Positions 1 to 9,365 of a DNA stretch of 64,000 nucleotides are shown here, in pieces (the first letter of the stretch is position 1; each line of letters opens with the position of its first letter). This stretch comes from Lobosporangium transversale. Taxonomy: Eukaryota. A program made the position numbers and the translations under genes. Under the pieces are notes generated by a model. That model saw only the letters and a program-made list of their open reading frames with translations, did not search any database and had not been told where the DNA came from. The DNA is taken from positions 496,001 to 560,000 of the forward strand of contig NW_019029001.1 of NCBI RefSeq assembly GCF_002105155.1. Direction: 5' to 3'.

Positions 1-10
1 CCTTCATCTA

Positions 11-1675
11 ATGGCGGATCGACTTCCACCGCCATCTCCCCCTCCGTCTTCCTCGAATGAGGTAGATGAGGGACACGATCCCCTGGCTCAGGCAGGGGAT
101 GTAGTAAAAAACAATAAAATTAAGCAGTCCCTGAGCTTTGCGGAGATGGCCCGCAAAAGCTTATCCAAGAAAGAAGTGCAGACCAGTTGGAATGCACTTC
201 GTAAGAACGCAGTTGTCCGTGCGTTCAGCACAGAGGTTGAGGAGCACTCTGTGTTTTTCACCCCACACCACGCTCCCACCACCTTCGCTGTCAAGTATGA
301 CAGGAAGACCCACCTCGTCTCTGACGTGGTGGAGGCCATTCGCCTGGCTTTCCCCAAGGCAGTTGGTCTTGACCCTGTTGTCCCAGGGGTCGTAGTGGTT
401 CTCGTGAGGACACAAAAAGAGGTGGACGAGGCCATTGCGTCTCCTCCTCTCCCCTGCAATCCTGCTCCTGTCAGAGCATACCATACGGTCCATTCCACAG
501 GAAGCCGACTCAGGATTCGGGTTGACCGAATCACCCTCTCTACTCCGGAGGATCGTCTGGAGTATATCAAAAATATCTTTGGTAAATTTGGCCGTGTAAT
601 CCACACCAAGTTCCATTACGTCAAGGGATCGGAGACTCTTTTGCTCCCTTCCTTCGAATTTGTGTTAGAGCTCTCTGGGGACTCCCCTCGAGACCTCCTT
701 ATCCCCCGCGTGGCCCAAGCTGAGGGTATTAACACGCTTTTCCACTGGTATGGGCCCCAGTACTGCTACAAGTGTGGTGAGGAGAACCACGTCAAGCAGT
801 CCTGCCCCCAACCACCCGAGTTCGATCTCCTCTCGGCCCCTAAAAGAGTCATTATGGCTCGCGCGTTCTTGCCTGCGAACGCGCCCGCAAGGGCCCCTCC
901 TGCGGTCCCTCAAGCTCCCAAGGCTACCAAGGGTCCCAAGGTCAATAAGGACACCCCATCCTCCGACAAGGAGGAATGGACAACTGTCACCTCCACCAAG
1001 AGGAAAAAGGCAGCAAAGAGGACTTCTTCGCGGAGCACAGGCTCAACTTCGGCATCGGAAAGTGATGTCCCAAGGAAGAAGATTACCGCTCGCAAACTCA
1101 ACACCAAGGAGAGCACCTCTGTCCCCGCCCCCGTATCTTCCGGTCCCACACAACAGGAGCCAACTGTTTTGATAGAAGAGATCAAGGTAGCTGATGCTGC
1201 CGCTTCTTCTTCTTCCTCAACACAAGGTGCCACCTCAGGTCCTGCAGACACACATGCGTCTGTGGATCAGTCTCCAGAGGCACCTAGTGCAGCTGAGACG
1301 GCGCCGCTGCCGGAGCCTCTTTCCGTCTCCTCAACTGATGCCATTGTTAGAGACGAAGAAATGGACTTGACTACCGAAAAGACCATAGAAGAACATCTTG
1401 ACTCCTCCTCCTCCTCCTCCTCCTCTTCCTCCTCCCCTGCTCCTCCCCTCCCTGTCCCCTCGGCTATCCCCATTGTTGAGGACTCTGAGATGGATACCAT
1501 GCAAGAAGAAGGATCAGAAACAGTACTGACGCCAACCAAGCCTCGCCAAGTCTCTGGCAAAGCAGTATCAGCGGTCTCGTCAAGGCTGAAGCGGACCTTC
1601 GTTGACCCTCTCACCGTCTCGAAGGCCTCGCGACCTTCGAGAACACCTACTGCAAAGAACAACGATGCTAGATAA
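11..1675 (+). CDS. LINE ORF1p, gag-like nucleic-acid-binding protein
   Basis: 554-aa ORF with zinc knuckle CYKCGEENHVKQSC, an RRM-like segment (EYIKNIFGKFGRV), basic patch KRKKAAKR and a Ser/Pro-rich tail; directly upstream of an APE-RT ORF. Confidence 0.9.
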   Translation: MADRLPPPSPPPSSSNEVDEGHDPLAQAGDVVKNNKIKQSLSFAEMARKSLSKKEVQTSWNALRKNAVVRAFSTEVEEHSVFFTPHHAPTTFAVKYDRKTHLVSDVVEAIRLAFPKAVGLDPVVPGVVVVLVRTQKEVDEAIASPPLPCNPAPVRAYHTVHSTGSRLRIRVDRITLSTPEDRLEYIKNIFGKFGRVIHTKFHYVKGSETLLLPSFEFVLELSGDSPRDLLIPRVAQAEGINTLFHWYGPQYCYKCGEENHVKQSCPQPPEFDLLSAPKRVIMARAFLPANAPARAPPAVPQAPKATKGPKVNKDTPSSDKEEWTTVTSTKRKKAAKRTSSRSTGSTSASESDVPRKKITARKLNTKESTSVPAPVSSGPTQQEPTVLIEEIKVADAAASSSSSTQGATSGPADTHASVDQSPEAPSAAETAPLPEPLSVSSTDAIVRDEEMDLTTEKTIEEHLDSSSSSSSSSSSPAPPLPVPSAIPIVEDSEMDTMQEEGSETVLTPTKPRQVSGKAVSAVSSRLKRTFVDPLTVSKASRPSRTPTAKNNDAR

Positions 1676-1708
1676 TTGCCCTGGGGAGCGGGCCAGGAAG
1701 TCACTCAG

Positions 1709-1745
<37 letters not shown>

Positions 1746-1812
1746 CTCAAACTTTCTTTGCGTGCCTTGCTCCCCTCACAAGAACCGTATGCTTTCACTA
1801 TTTTTTTAATCA

Positions 1813-4800
1813 ATGATTGATTTTGAAAATCTAAAAGTATGCACACTCAACGTCTGTTCAATTTTCAACCAAGAAAAACGAAGGACGCTCTTCCAATGGC
1901 TCAAGACTCAGCCATACGATGTCATTGCTTTGCAGGAAACAGATACCCAGCATCCGCAATGGACAACAGTCAAAAATAATCAGTGGACAAGAGAATGGGG
2001 TGCAGGAAAAGCAGTGTTTACAAAGCATTGTGCGATCCTCATCAACAACCCTCGTCTCTTCTACACTCTAAAACAAGACTTTCTCAATGGACGTATTTTA
2101 GCGATCGATCTGTATGTCGATGACAACATGGATGAACGTCTTCGCATGATCAACATTTATGTCCCGAGTTCATATGTTTCGGATGTCTCCCTTTCAGAGT
2201 TTATTGAAGAATTTCCTGATGAACTCCTTACGCAAGATGACTACCCTCTCGTTGCCCTTGGTGACTTCAACTCTGTCACCAGCACTACACTAGACCGCAA
2301 CCCTCCCACCAACGATGTTAGAGCCACCCGCTGGCCTCGCCTTGGTCCACTCTTTACAAGACTAGGTGTGATCGATGTTGCCCCTCCTCCTTCTAGAGAT
2401 CCCGCTGGAGATATTGTCGAGACCCACTTCACTCATGTTTCGAGACTTAGATGGTGCACCATGACAAGGATTGACTATATTATGGTCTCTCATGCTCTCT
2501 TGCCCACTGTTTCTAGTTACAAGGTCTCTACTATGCCGATTATCAAGACTGATCACAGGATCGTTGAAGTTGTGATAAACACCTCCAAACGTCCAAACCC
2601 TCCGCCTCGACCCATGCCTGCCCTGCCTACTGGTAACGACGATGATGATGAGCCAACAGCAGCAGCAGCACGGAATCCGGCAGTGATCACAAAGCCAGTC
2701 CTCATCCTTGACACTCGAATCTTACGCGACCCTGCTTTCCAAACCGAGATCCGCTCCCTTATATCTCGCTGTCTGAGGAAACGCGCCTCTCATCCTACTC
2801 TTTTTCAGTCCGCTGGAGAGTTTTGGGATGACTGTAAGAAAAAGTGCTTGTTTGCAGGACTACGATATCGCAAAAAGAAGCGCTTCAATGACACTAGGGA
2901 AAGAATCGACCTCCAAAAGACTCTGAAAGAGGCTGATCTTGCCCTTGATAACCAGCCAAACGACCCTGACGCCATAAGCAATCTTTTCGAAGCGAGGGAG
3001 CAACTACGGAAACATGAAGCGTATCGTATGGAACGAGACATCACTCTGTCCAAGATCGAATGGATTGAAGAAGGTGAACGAGCCTCGCCGCAATTTACCA
3101 AAAAGCTCAAGAAAGGCTATGCAAAGCGCTCTATCTTGTCGCTCAAGGACAGTTCCGGCAACCGCACAACTCTGCAACAAGGAATGGAGGAAATAGCACG
3201 CTCCTTCTACGAGAAGCTATACACCTCTGGACACACTGACGAGGCCGCCCAGGATCTCTTGTTGGCTGAAATCACCGACAGGATTCCTCCCGCTCTCACC
3301 ACTAGTCTTGATGCTGATATCTCTCTTCAGGAGATTGAAGCCTCTATAGACTCGATGGCTGATAGATCCTCGCCTGGTTCCGATGGTCTTCCTTACGAAT
3401 TCTACAAGACCTTCAAGAGAGAATTGGCTCCTATATTGCTCGAAGTCGTTAACAGTGTTGATGTCGAAGGTGGTGACCTCCCAGTCTCTCACCGGAAAGC
3501 CTTGACAACGTTGATCTTCAAGAAGGGTGACAATGAACTGATGCAAAACTATCGTCCCATCTCTCTGACTCAATGTGATTACAAGATCTTCACCAAGGCT
3601 CTGACTAATCGCATCAATCCTGCAGCTAAACAGGTTATAGGTGAATGGCAAACTGGCTTTATTCCAGGACGACAAGGTCATGACAATGTCAGGTTGCTAG
3701 AACTAGTGGCTCTCTCTCTTCAGTCTGGAGATAAAGGAGATGCTGCTATCCTCTCCCTTGATCAAGAAAAAGCGTACGATCGTGTCGAGTGGTCATATAT
3801 GCATCGAGTCCTAGAGGCCTTTGGCTTTGGCCCTCGCATTCGTTCCTGGGTGCGAAGCTGCTACTCTGATCTCTCTGCCACCATTGTCATGAACAGAAAC
3901 CAATCGAATCCGTATCAGGCGCGCAGAGGCTTGCGTCAAGGTGATCCTCTGGCTCCGCTCCTGTTCAACTTTGTCTTGGAACCTTTTCTTCTGTACTATG
4001 AGCATCACGCGACGGGCATTCCTACTGTTGGTATTCCTTTTAAAGTGGCTGCTTTTGCTGATGATACGACGCTTGGTGTTGCTCCAGGAGACGAACAGCA
4101 TGTGTTGCGTGCTATCGAGCTGCATGAGTATGCGTCTGGTGCCAAGGTGAACAGACAAAAGACGGCTCTGATCCCGTTCACGGCGAATGCTACGATGGTG
4201 ATCCACCTTAATGGCTTCATTGCTCGTCCCTTTAATGAACCTTTTGTTCATCTCGGCGTGGTTATCCAAGCTAAAGGTCGCGACTTGCCAGTCATTGAGC
4301 GAGCTCTCCTACAAACAATGCAGACGACGGTTAGCACCTGGCGCTTTCGACGTCTCTCCTTTCAAGGACGAGTGACGGTTGCCAACACTTACTTTCTTTC
4401 CAAGCTTTGGCACGTTGCTCCTTTCTACTCCTTTTCTCCAAACTTCTTCAAGTCGATTGACAGGTTGACAAAGAAGATTTTGTGGAATGATCAAGTTTCT
4501 CGAGTCTCGCTGGCATGGTATCGCCGACCCAAGAACAAGGGAGGCTGGAACCTAATTGACCCTAGGACCCAGTGTCAGGCACTCATGGCTAAATGGATGG
4601 CTCGATGGCAGCTACAGGATGCACGATGGAAACCTATATTCACAGACATGGCCCAATCGTACTACAGAAAGACCTCTGTCCAACAGACAGAACAATTTTT
4701 GGAAGCTCCTCCTCTTGCCTCGACTGACATCCGCCATAGAACTGAAATCCAACGCGCAAGAACCTCGGTCTTTGAGGCTGTCAAGGCTTTTGCACAGCTG

Positions 4801-5871
4801 GACGTCAAAAGAAAGGTCACTCCTGCTGATCGTGTGCCTCCTGCACTTGCTCAAGCTCGAGGACTGACGACAGTCTTTGGCAAAGATGTCCCCATGGCTC
4901 TATTCACGGTCAAGAAGGCTCGTAAGTATATTGAATGCAATGCGCTGAAAGCTTGGATAGCTAAGCCTGTCTCTCGTAGCATTTACCTTCGCCCGCCAAT
5001 CTACAAGCACATCAGGTTCATGGACCGCAAACCATGGCCGAATATCCAGCACACTCCTATTCCTGACAAACAGTGGGATCGCTTTTTCTCTGATCGGTTG
5101 CACAGCAAACACAGATATACAAATGAGCGACACCACCTGTACCTGGTTGCACACCATGTCTACCAGACGAATGGAATCAAGAGCAAGTACAAGTACAACA
5201 CCCCGGTCTCTCCAGATTGTCGACGATGTGGAACAGATGGAGCACCAGCAGCCTTTGAGTCTCGAGGGCATGCCTTTCATGACTGTCCAGAAGTGCTAGA
5301 GTTGTGGAACGCATGTCGAGGATGGATAAAGGAATTAGTGCCTGAGCTAGATCTTCGTGATAATGCTGCACAAGACCAACTATGCTGGCCCGAGGTCAAG
5401 TCGCTGCCTGCAGTTGTCATTCATATACATGCAACTGTCACGCAAGTGATTTTCAAGACTTACTGCAAGTTGGGAGACAAGGAAACAGTGCCAGAAGGCG
5501 TCCTCAAGGCTAAAGCCATAGCAGCGCTGCGATACCGCATCAAACTGGAGTGGGAAAGAGCGCACTATAAGGATCAGGTCGAGCGAGAGCGACAGAAGAG
5601 TGGAGAGGTTGCTGACGACGACAGTGAGGATGAGGACAATGATGACAACAATGTTCAAAAGTTTCTGCAGGAATGGAACTATCCACCACACATCCGAGTG
5701 GAAGGAGAGGAGCTAATCTTTGGAGGGATAATGAATATTGCGACAGTAGCAGCAGCGATGAACAGACCAGCGATAGAAGGAGCAGAGATGGAGGACGAGG
5801 TGATGGAAGAAGAAAGAGAAGTTGGTCAGGAAGAAGTTGCAAACAGAGAATTCACACCCTCTCTTTTTTAA
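1813..5871 (+). CDS. LINE ORF2p: AP endonuclease, reverse transcriptase, C-terminal zinc finger
   Basis: APE motifs TLNV, ALQET, GDFN, RIDY, TDH; RT motifs SPGSDG, NYRPISL, DQEKAYDRV, GLRQGDPLAP, FADD; CRRC..ESRGHAFHDC finger. Confidence 0.97.
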   Translation: MIDFENLKVCTLNVCSIFNQEKRRTLFQWLKTQPYDVIALQETDTQHPQWTTVKNNQWTREWGAGKAVFTKHCAILINNPRLFYTLKQDFLNGRILAIDLYVDDNMDERLRMINIYVPSSYVSDVSLSEFIEEFPDELLTQDDYPLVALGDFNSVTSTTLDRNPPTNDVRATRWPRLGPLFTRLGVIDVAPPPSRDPAGDIVETHFTHVSRLRWCTMTRIDYIMVSHALLPTVSSYKVSTMPIIKTDHRIVEVVINTSKRPNPPPRPMPALPTGNDDDDEPTAAAARNPAVITKPVLILDTRILRDPAFQTEIRSLISRCLRKRASHPTLFQSAGEFWDDCKKKCLFAGLRYRKKKRFNDTRERIDLQKTLKEADLALDNQPNDPDAISNLFEAREQLRKHEAYRMERDITLSKIEWIEEGERASPQFTKKLKKGYAKRSILSLKDSSGNRTTLQQGMEEIARSFYEKLYTSGHTDEAAQDLLLAEITDRIPPALTTSLDADISLQEIEASIDSMADRSSPGSDGLPYEFYKTFKRELAPILLEVVNSVDVEGGDLPVSHRKALTTLIFKKGDNELMQNYRPISLTQCDYKIFTKALTNRINPAAKQVIGEWQTGFIPGRQGHDNVRLLELVALSLQSGDKGDAAILSLDQEKAYDRVEWSYMHRVLEAFGFGPRIRSWVRSCYSDLSATIVMNRNQSNPYQARRGLRQGDPLAPLLFNFVLEPFLLYYEHHATGIPTVGIPFKVAAFADDTTLGVAPGDEQHVLRAIELHEYASGAKVNRQKTALIPFTANATMVIHLNGFIARPFNEPFVHLGVVIQAKGRDLPVIERALLQTMQTTVSTWRFRRLSFQGRVTVANTYFLSKLWHVAPFYSFSPNFFKSIDRLTKKILWNDQVSRVSLAWYRRPKNKGGWNLIDPRTQCQALMAKWMARWQLQDARWKPIFTDMAQSYYRKTSVQQTEQFLEAPPLASTDIRHRTEIQRARTSVFEAVKAFAQLDVKRKVTPADRVPPALAQARGLTTVFGKDVPMALFTVKKARKYIECNALKAWIAKPVSRSIYLRPPIYKHIRFMDRKPWPNIQHTPIPDKQWDRFFSDRLHSKHRYTNERHHLYLVAHHVYQTNGIKSKYKYNTPVSPDCRRCGTDGAPAAFESRGHAFHDCPEVLELWNACRGWIKELVPELDLRDNAAQDQLCWPEVKSLPAVVIHIHATVTQVIFKTYCKLGDKETVPEGVLKAKAIAALRYRIKLEWERAHYKDQVERERQKSGEVADDDSEDEDNDDNNVQKFLQEWNYPPHIRVEGEELIFGGIMNIATVAAAMNRPAIEGAEMEDEVMEEEREVGQEEVANREFTPSLF

Positions 5872-5977
5872 AAAAGAGGACAAGCGTGTGAATTTTTTTC
5901 AGTTCATTTTTTTAAGGTTTCAGATCTTTTTTTTGCTGTTTAATTTTTTTCTTTATTTCTGTCTCAGTGCAAATGTA

Positions 5978-6652
5978 CTAGCTACGGCGACACACTTTAC
6001 GCGCTGTCCGACAGAACTCCCGGAATTTGATATCAGACTCAAGTTGCCGCAGAGTCTGATGGATCGCATCCTCGGACTTCTCATACCTAGAGAGAAGCCC
6101 AAGGTAGTAATTCCTACTTTCCTCGGAGACCTCCCTGTAATGGAGGATCCGACGGGCCCTCGACGTGTACCGGTAGAGGTCCGCAAGCTCCGACACCAGT
6201 ACGGAATGGAGCTTGTCTTCCTCATCTGAGTCAACAGACTCTTCAAGCGACTCCGAGGATCGCTTGCGGGACAGAGGTGGGTTACCCCTATCCGACGAGG
6301 CAGCGGGAGGAAAGAAACGTTGACTTGCGGGCACCTGAGGACTCGGGGACAGCAAAATAAAGGTCTCATCAGCACCGGCAGAGGAGATCTCATCAGGGAT
6401 CTCAATCGCAGAGAGGTTGGATGAATCCGTATGCCACAGAGGCAAAGTCTCTTCACTCTTCACCTGCGATAGAGCAGGCGAGGAGTGTCTGGTGGCAGCA
6501 CCAGAAGACGAGGAAGCAAAAGACCCAACAACAGGCAGGGAAGACTCCGCACCGGCACTGGTCGTGTCAGAGCTAACTGACTCAGGAGAAGGCTCCCTAC
6601 ACTTGACGGAGGCACCTCCGAAGCTAACACTACGACGAAGAGAGGCAGACAT
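5978..6652 (-). CDS. Intronless antisense ORF of unknown function (224 aa), convergent with LINE ORF2
   Basis: ATG at 6652 in ACAACCATGT context; Ser-rich N-terminus and a charged, helical-looking C-terminal ~80 aa; minus-strand AATAAA at 5952-5957; CT-rich tract upstream on the minus strand (~6930-6975). Confidence 0.6.
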   Translation of the reverse strand: MSASLRRSVSFGGASVKCREPSPESVSSDTTSAGAESSLPVVGSFASSSSGAATRHSSPALSQVKSEETLPLWHTDSSNLSAIEIPDEISSAGADETFILLSPSPQVPASQRFFPPAASSDRGNPPLSRKRSSESLEESVDSDEEDKLHSVLVSELADLYRYTSRARRILHYREVSEESRNYYLGLLSRYEKSEDAIHQTLRQLESDIKFREFCRTARKVCRRS

Positions 6653-7109
6653 GGTTGTTGTTATAGTTGTGGTGGAGGTGGAGGAAGGTGCAGACAGGAA
6701 ACTTGAAGCGAAAAGGCAAAGGTTGCAATGAGTTGAGGAATGAGGAATGGAGCAGAGATGGAGCTGCAATTTATGTGTTTTTCCGTCTCATGCTGCCATC
6801 GCCATTCACAGGCTCGCCTCTGACTCATTCTTCCAGTTGATCAGATGGTGTGCTCATGCATCATTCTGATTGGTCCAGGCGCAGGCTTGGCAAACATTGC
6901 CTATAAAAAGATTTCAGGAAAATAAGGAACATGGAGATGGAGATGGAGATGAGATGAGAAGAGACGAGGAGGAAATGAGGACATGGCGGAAATGATGGTG
7001 ATGAACGGAGGAAGATGTCATTTTCAAGTTGATCTTTTTTTCTTTCCTTTTTCCCTTTTCTCCCTTTTGGTGGCGTCTTGGTCTTCTCCCTTTTCCTTAT
7101 TTGCTTCGC

Positions 7110-7195
7110 CTTTTTATATTTTTATATTTTATTTTTTATTTTTATTTTTATTTTTTATTATTTTATTATTTTTATTATTTTTATTATTTTATTTT
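7110..7195. repeat. (TTTTTA/TTA)n low-complexity tract
   Basis: Directly visible imperfect T-rich microsatellite. Confidence 0.9.
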
Positions 7196-7436
7196 CACCT
7201 CTCCCCCTTGTACACTATTCCCTATACCCTTTCTTTCATGGATCCACTCGGCGGTACTACATTAGGTTCGGTCGGTGGCCTTCCACAATATTTCCACGAT
7301 AGTCATTTTTCAGCTCATGCCCATGGCGCTTTTTTTCGTAGTATAGAATATGAACTAGAGTAGAAAGTCACGTGGGAGAATACCGGCGTGAATCGTAGGA
7401 ACGACCCGGCTCCAGAAATAAAAACCTCCATCGGAG

Positions 7437-7509
7437 GCTCGTTTAGCTTAGTCGGTAGAGCGTCGTGCTAATAACGCGAAGGTCGCAGGTTCGATCCCTG
7501 CAGTGAGCA
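7437..7509 (+). tRNA. tRNA-Ile, anticodon AAT, no intron
   Basis: Cloverleaf: acceptor GCTCGTT/AGTGAGC, D-arm GCTT/GAGC, anticodon arm TCGTG-CTAATAA-CGCGA, T-arm GCAGG-TTCGATC-CCTGC, discriminator A, then a TTTT Pol III terminator. Confidence 0.96.
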
Positions 7510-7623
7510 TTTTAATGGAGGATTTAATTACATTTTATTTCCGAGGAGAGAAAATCAGTGACTCGTACTGATGTACTTTGCATACGTACTGAAGTTTTTT
7601 TAAATTTTTACTTAGAAAAAAGA

Positions 7624-7733
7624 TATTTGCACTGCCCCGTACACACCTTATTTACATCGCTCCCCCCGTGCAAATAAAAAAAAATTATTTGCACGGGGGT
7701 CTTTTTTTTTATTTGTACGGGGTCTTTATTTCA
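7624..7733. repeat. Palindromic TIR/MITE-like repeat, copy 1 (inverted partner at 15288-15365)
   Basis: CCCCGTGCAAATA..TATTTGCACGGGG hairpin; TATTTGCACTGCCCCGTACACAC recurs as a near reverse complement at 15342-15365. Confidence 0.75.
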
Positions 7734-7802
7734 GCCCTATACACCATAACCAGGAAGCCTTCCACGACACAGGCTTAGATCTAGAGCCGCTGCCTAAGCA
7801 TC

Positions 7803-8445
7803 AAATACTGACCAGAATATCTTATCAAGTTCGTATGTAGCTCAGAGTAGATGTTGGCATTCTTTATGCGACTGGGACTAAATACAGAATTACAAATGAT
7901 TTATCTATAGTTGAAATATACTATGCAGCTTTACTTTGCACTTTTGTTGGTTGCATTGTTATGGTTCCCCGATGCTTTCTTTCATTAAACGCGTGCATAC
8001 ATCTTAGGTATTTCCGTACACTATTAAGCACACAACGATGAATTCAGTTATTAGGAATCTCTAACGTGTAGTTTGTGCCGGTAGATGTACAACCAATCAT
8101 ACTACCATACTCATTGCTATGATGCATAGCGCGCCATGTTACTAGTCTCTTTCTTTCCTCTTAGATGTCCTTATCTCTGTCGTCCTTTATTAAGAACTCA
8201 AGCGCCCTCGGTACTATTTTGTTTATCAAATTCATCAAAATACAATGGGTAGACCTCAGCTTATTTTGTGGAATATCTATCCTCTTACCCGATATTACTT
8301 GTCTTTTGATAGTTGGTGACAGTTCGCACTCAAAGCCGATCGTGCCACAATCACCTATATCTCTATATCTAAGTGGCTAAAATACTTTAATAGCATAACC
8401 GTGACTAATAGTGATAGAAAAGAGACATAAATATTCTTTTCTGTT
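7803..8445 (-). pseudogene. Degenerate coding relic, copy 1 of a ~640-bp diverged direct duplication
   Basis: Aligns by eye with 13731-14383; minus strand gives long frames broken by stops (GFECELSPTIKRQVIS...). Confidence 0.5.
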
Positions 8446-9070
8446 ATTGAAATATGCCAGGGTCATAATAAGTAGCGAGAACGAAAGAAAGGTGTCTTTA
8501 TTATGATCCAGGGATCTTCGTTAAATAAAAAGGGTAAAAACCTTAGCTATAGTAAAAACCCATATACAGTGGCTTCCAAATTTGTCCAAATGTTCCACGC
8601 TCATGTTTTCCGTCTTGATTAGAATAATAGCGATGGTTGCTTGCACTTTTATTTTTATCAGAGTAAACAAGTATGCCAATGATACGTGGACTGGTTCAGT
8701 TTAAAATATCTCTAGTCTCATTCACCATGGTTTTTCATTGACAAAAGTATTTAATGTCATTTGGACAATTATATAACCATCACTTATTTTACGCACCTTT
8801 GCTGAATTTTTTTCAAATTATCTCCCACACACTTGAGTAGATACTCTTCACCTACACTCTTCTAGGAGCCTACGTTACTCTTTCTAAACACTCCCAGTGC
8901 TCCTAATCGATTCGATACAACCGAAATTGAATGGGATTGAATGCATTCGATTCGGTTTCGGCTCAGGGTAAGTTTGTACCGAAATTGAATGCTCCATTCC
9001 TGTATCGAATCGAATGAATCGAATGTGTTGAATGATACCCTTAATGTGTAGCATGGGTCGTATGATTATA

Positions 9071-9186
9071 TCGAATGCATCGAATGTATCGAAACCGTTT
9101 ACCGAATGTATCGAAACCGTTTACCGAATGTATCGAAGCCGATTTACCGAATGCATCGAAACCGATTTTTTAAGCGCATCGAATGT
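9071..9186. repeat. ~22-bp tandem subterminal repeats (CGAATGTATCGAAACCGTTTAC)
   Basis: Three to four consecutive units visible; related motifs occur inverted at 8907-8960. Confidence 0.85.
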
Positions 9187-9365
9187 ATCTATGCACTATT
9201 TAATACGACTATATCGGCTTTTTGAATAAAAAACTTGACAGGTTAGAATGGGCTTACACAATTTGATGCGCCACGGTACATTCGACTAACGTTCAAATGT
9301 TGGAAATATATTTAAATTTTGACTTATCACTTATAACGAATGTATACAGAACTATAGCAACTAAT

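Larger units (their letters stand above)
1..7424 (+). mobile_element. Non-LTR retrotransposon (LINE, L1/Tx1-like). 5' end lies outside the window; 3' boundary inferred
   Basis: Tandem ORF1 (CCHC knuckle) and ORF2 (APE + RT + C-terminal Cys/His finger), both uninterrupted. Extent past 5871 inferred from the absence of any poly(A) tail until AAATAAAAA at 7416-7424. No TSD visible. Confidence 0.85.

Noticed and set aside
5822..6229. Sense 135-aa ORF overlapping the ORF2 end
   Set aside because: Non-ATG start, begins in a T-rich tract, and is a shadow of the antisense ORF.
6983..7363. Hydrophobic Phe/Ile/Leu-rich ORFs
   Set aside because: Artefact of translating the (TTTTTA)n tract.
7425..7521. 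CCTCCAT/ATGGAGG inverted 7-mer around the tRNA
   Set aside because: Too short to exclude chance; the downstream copy lies past the TTTT terminator.
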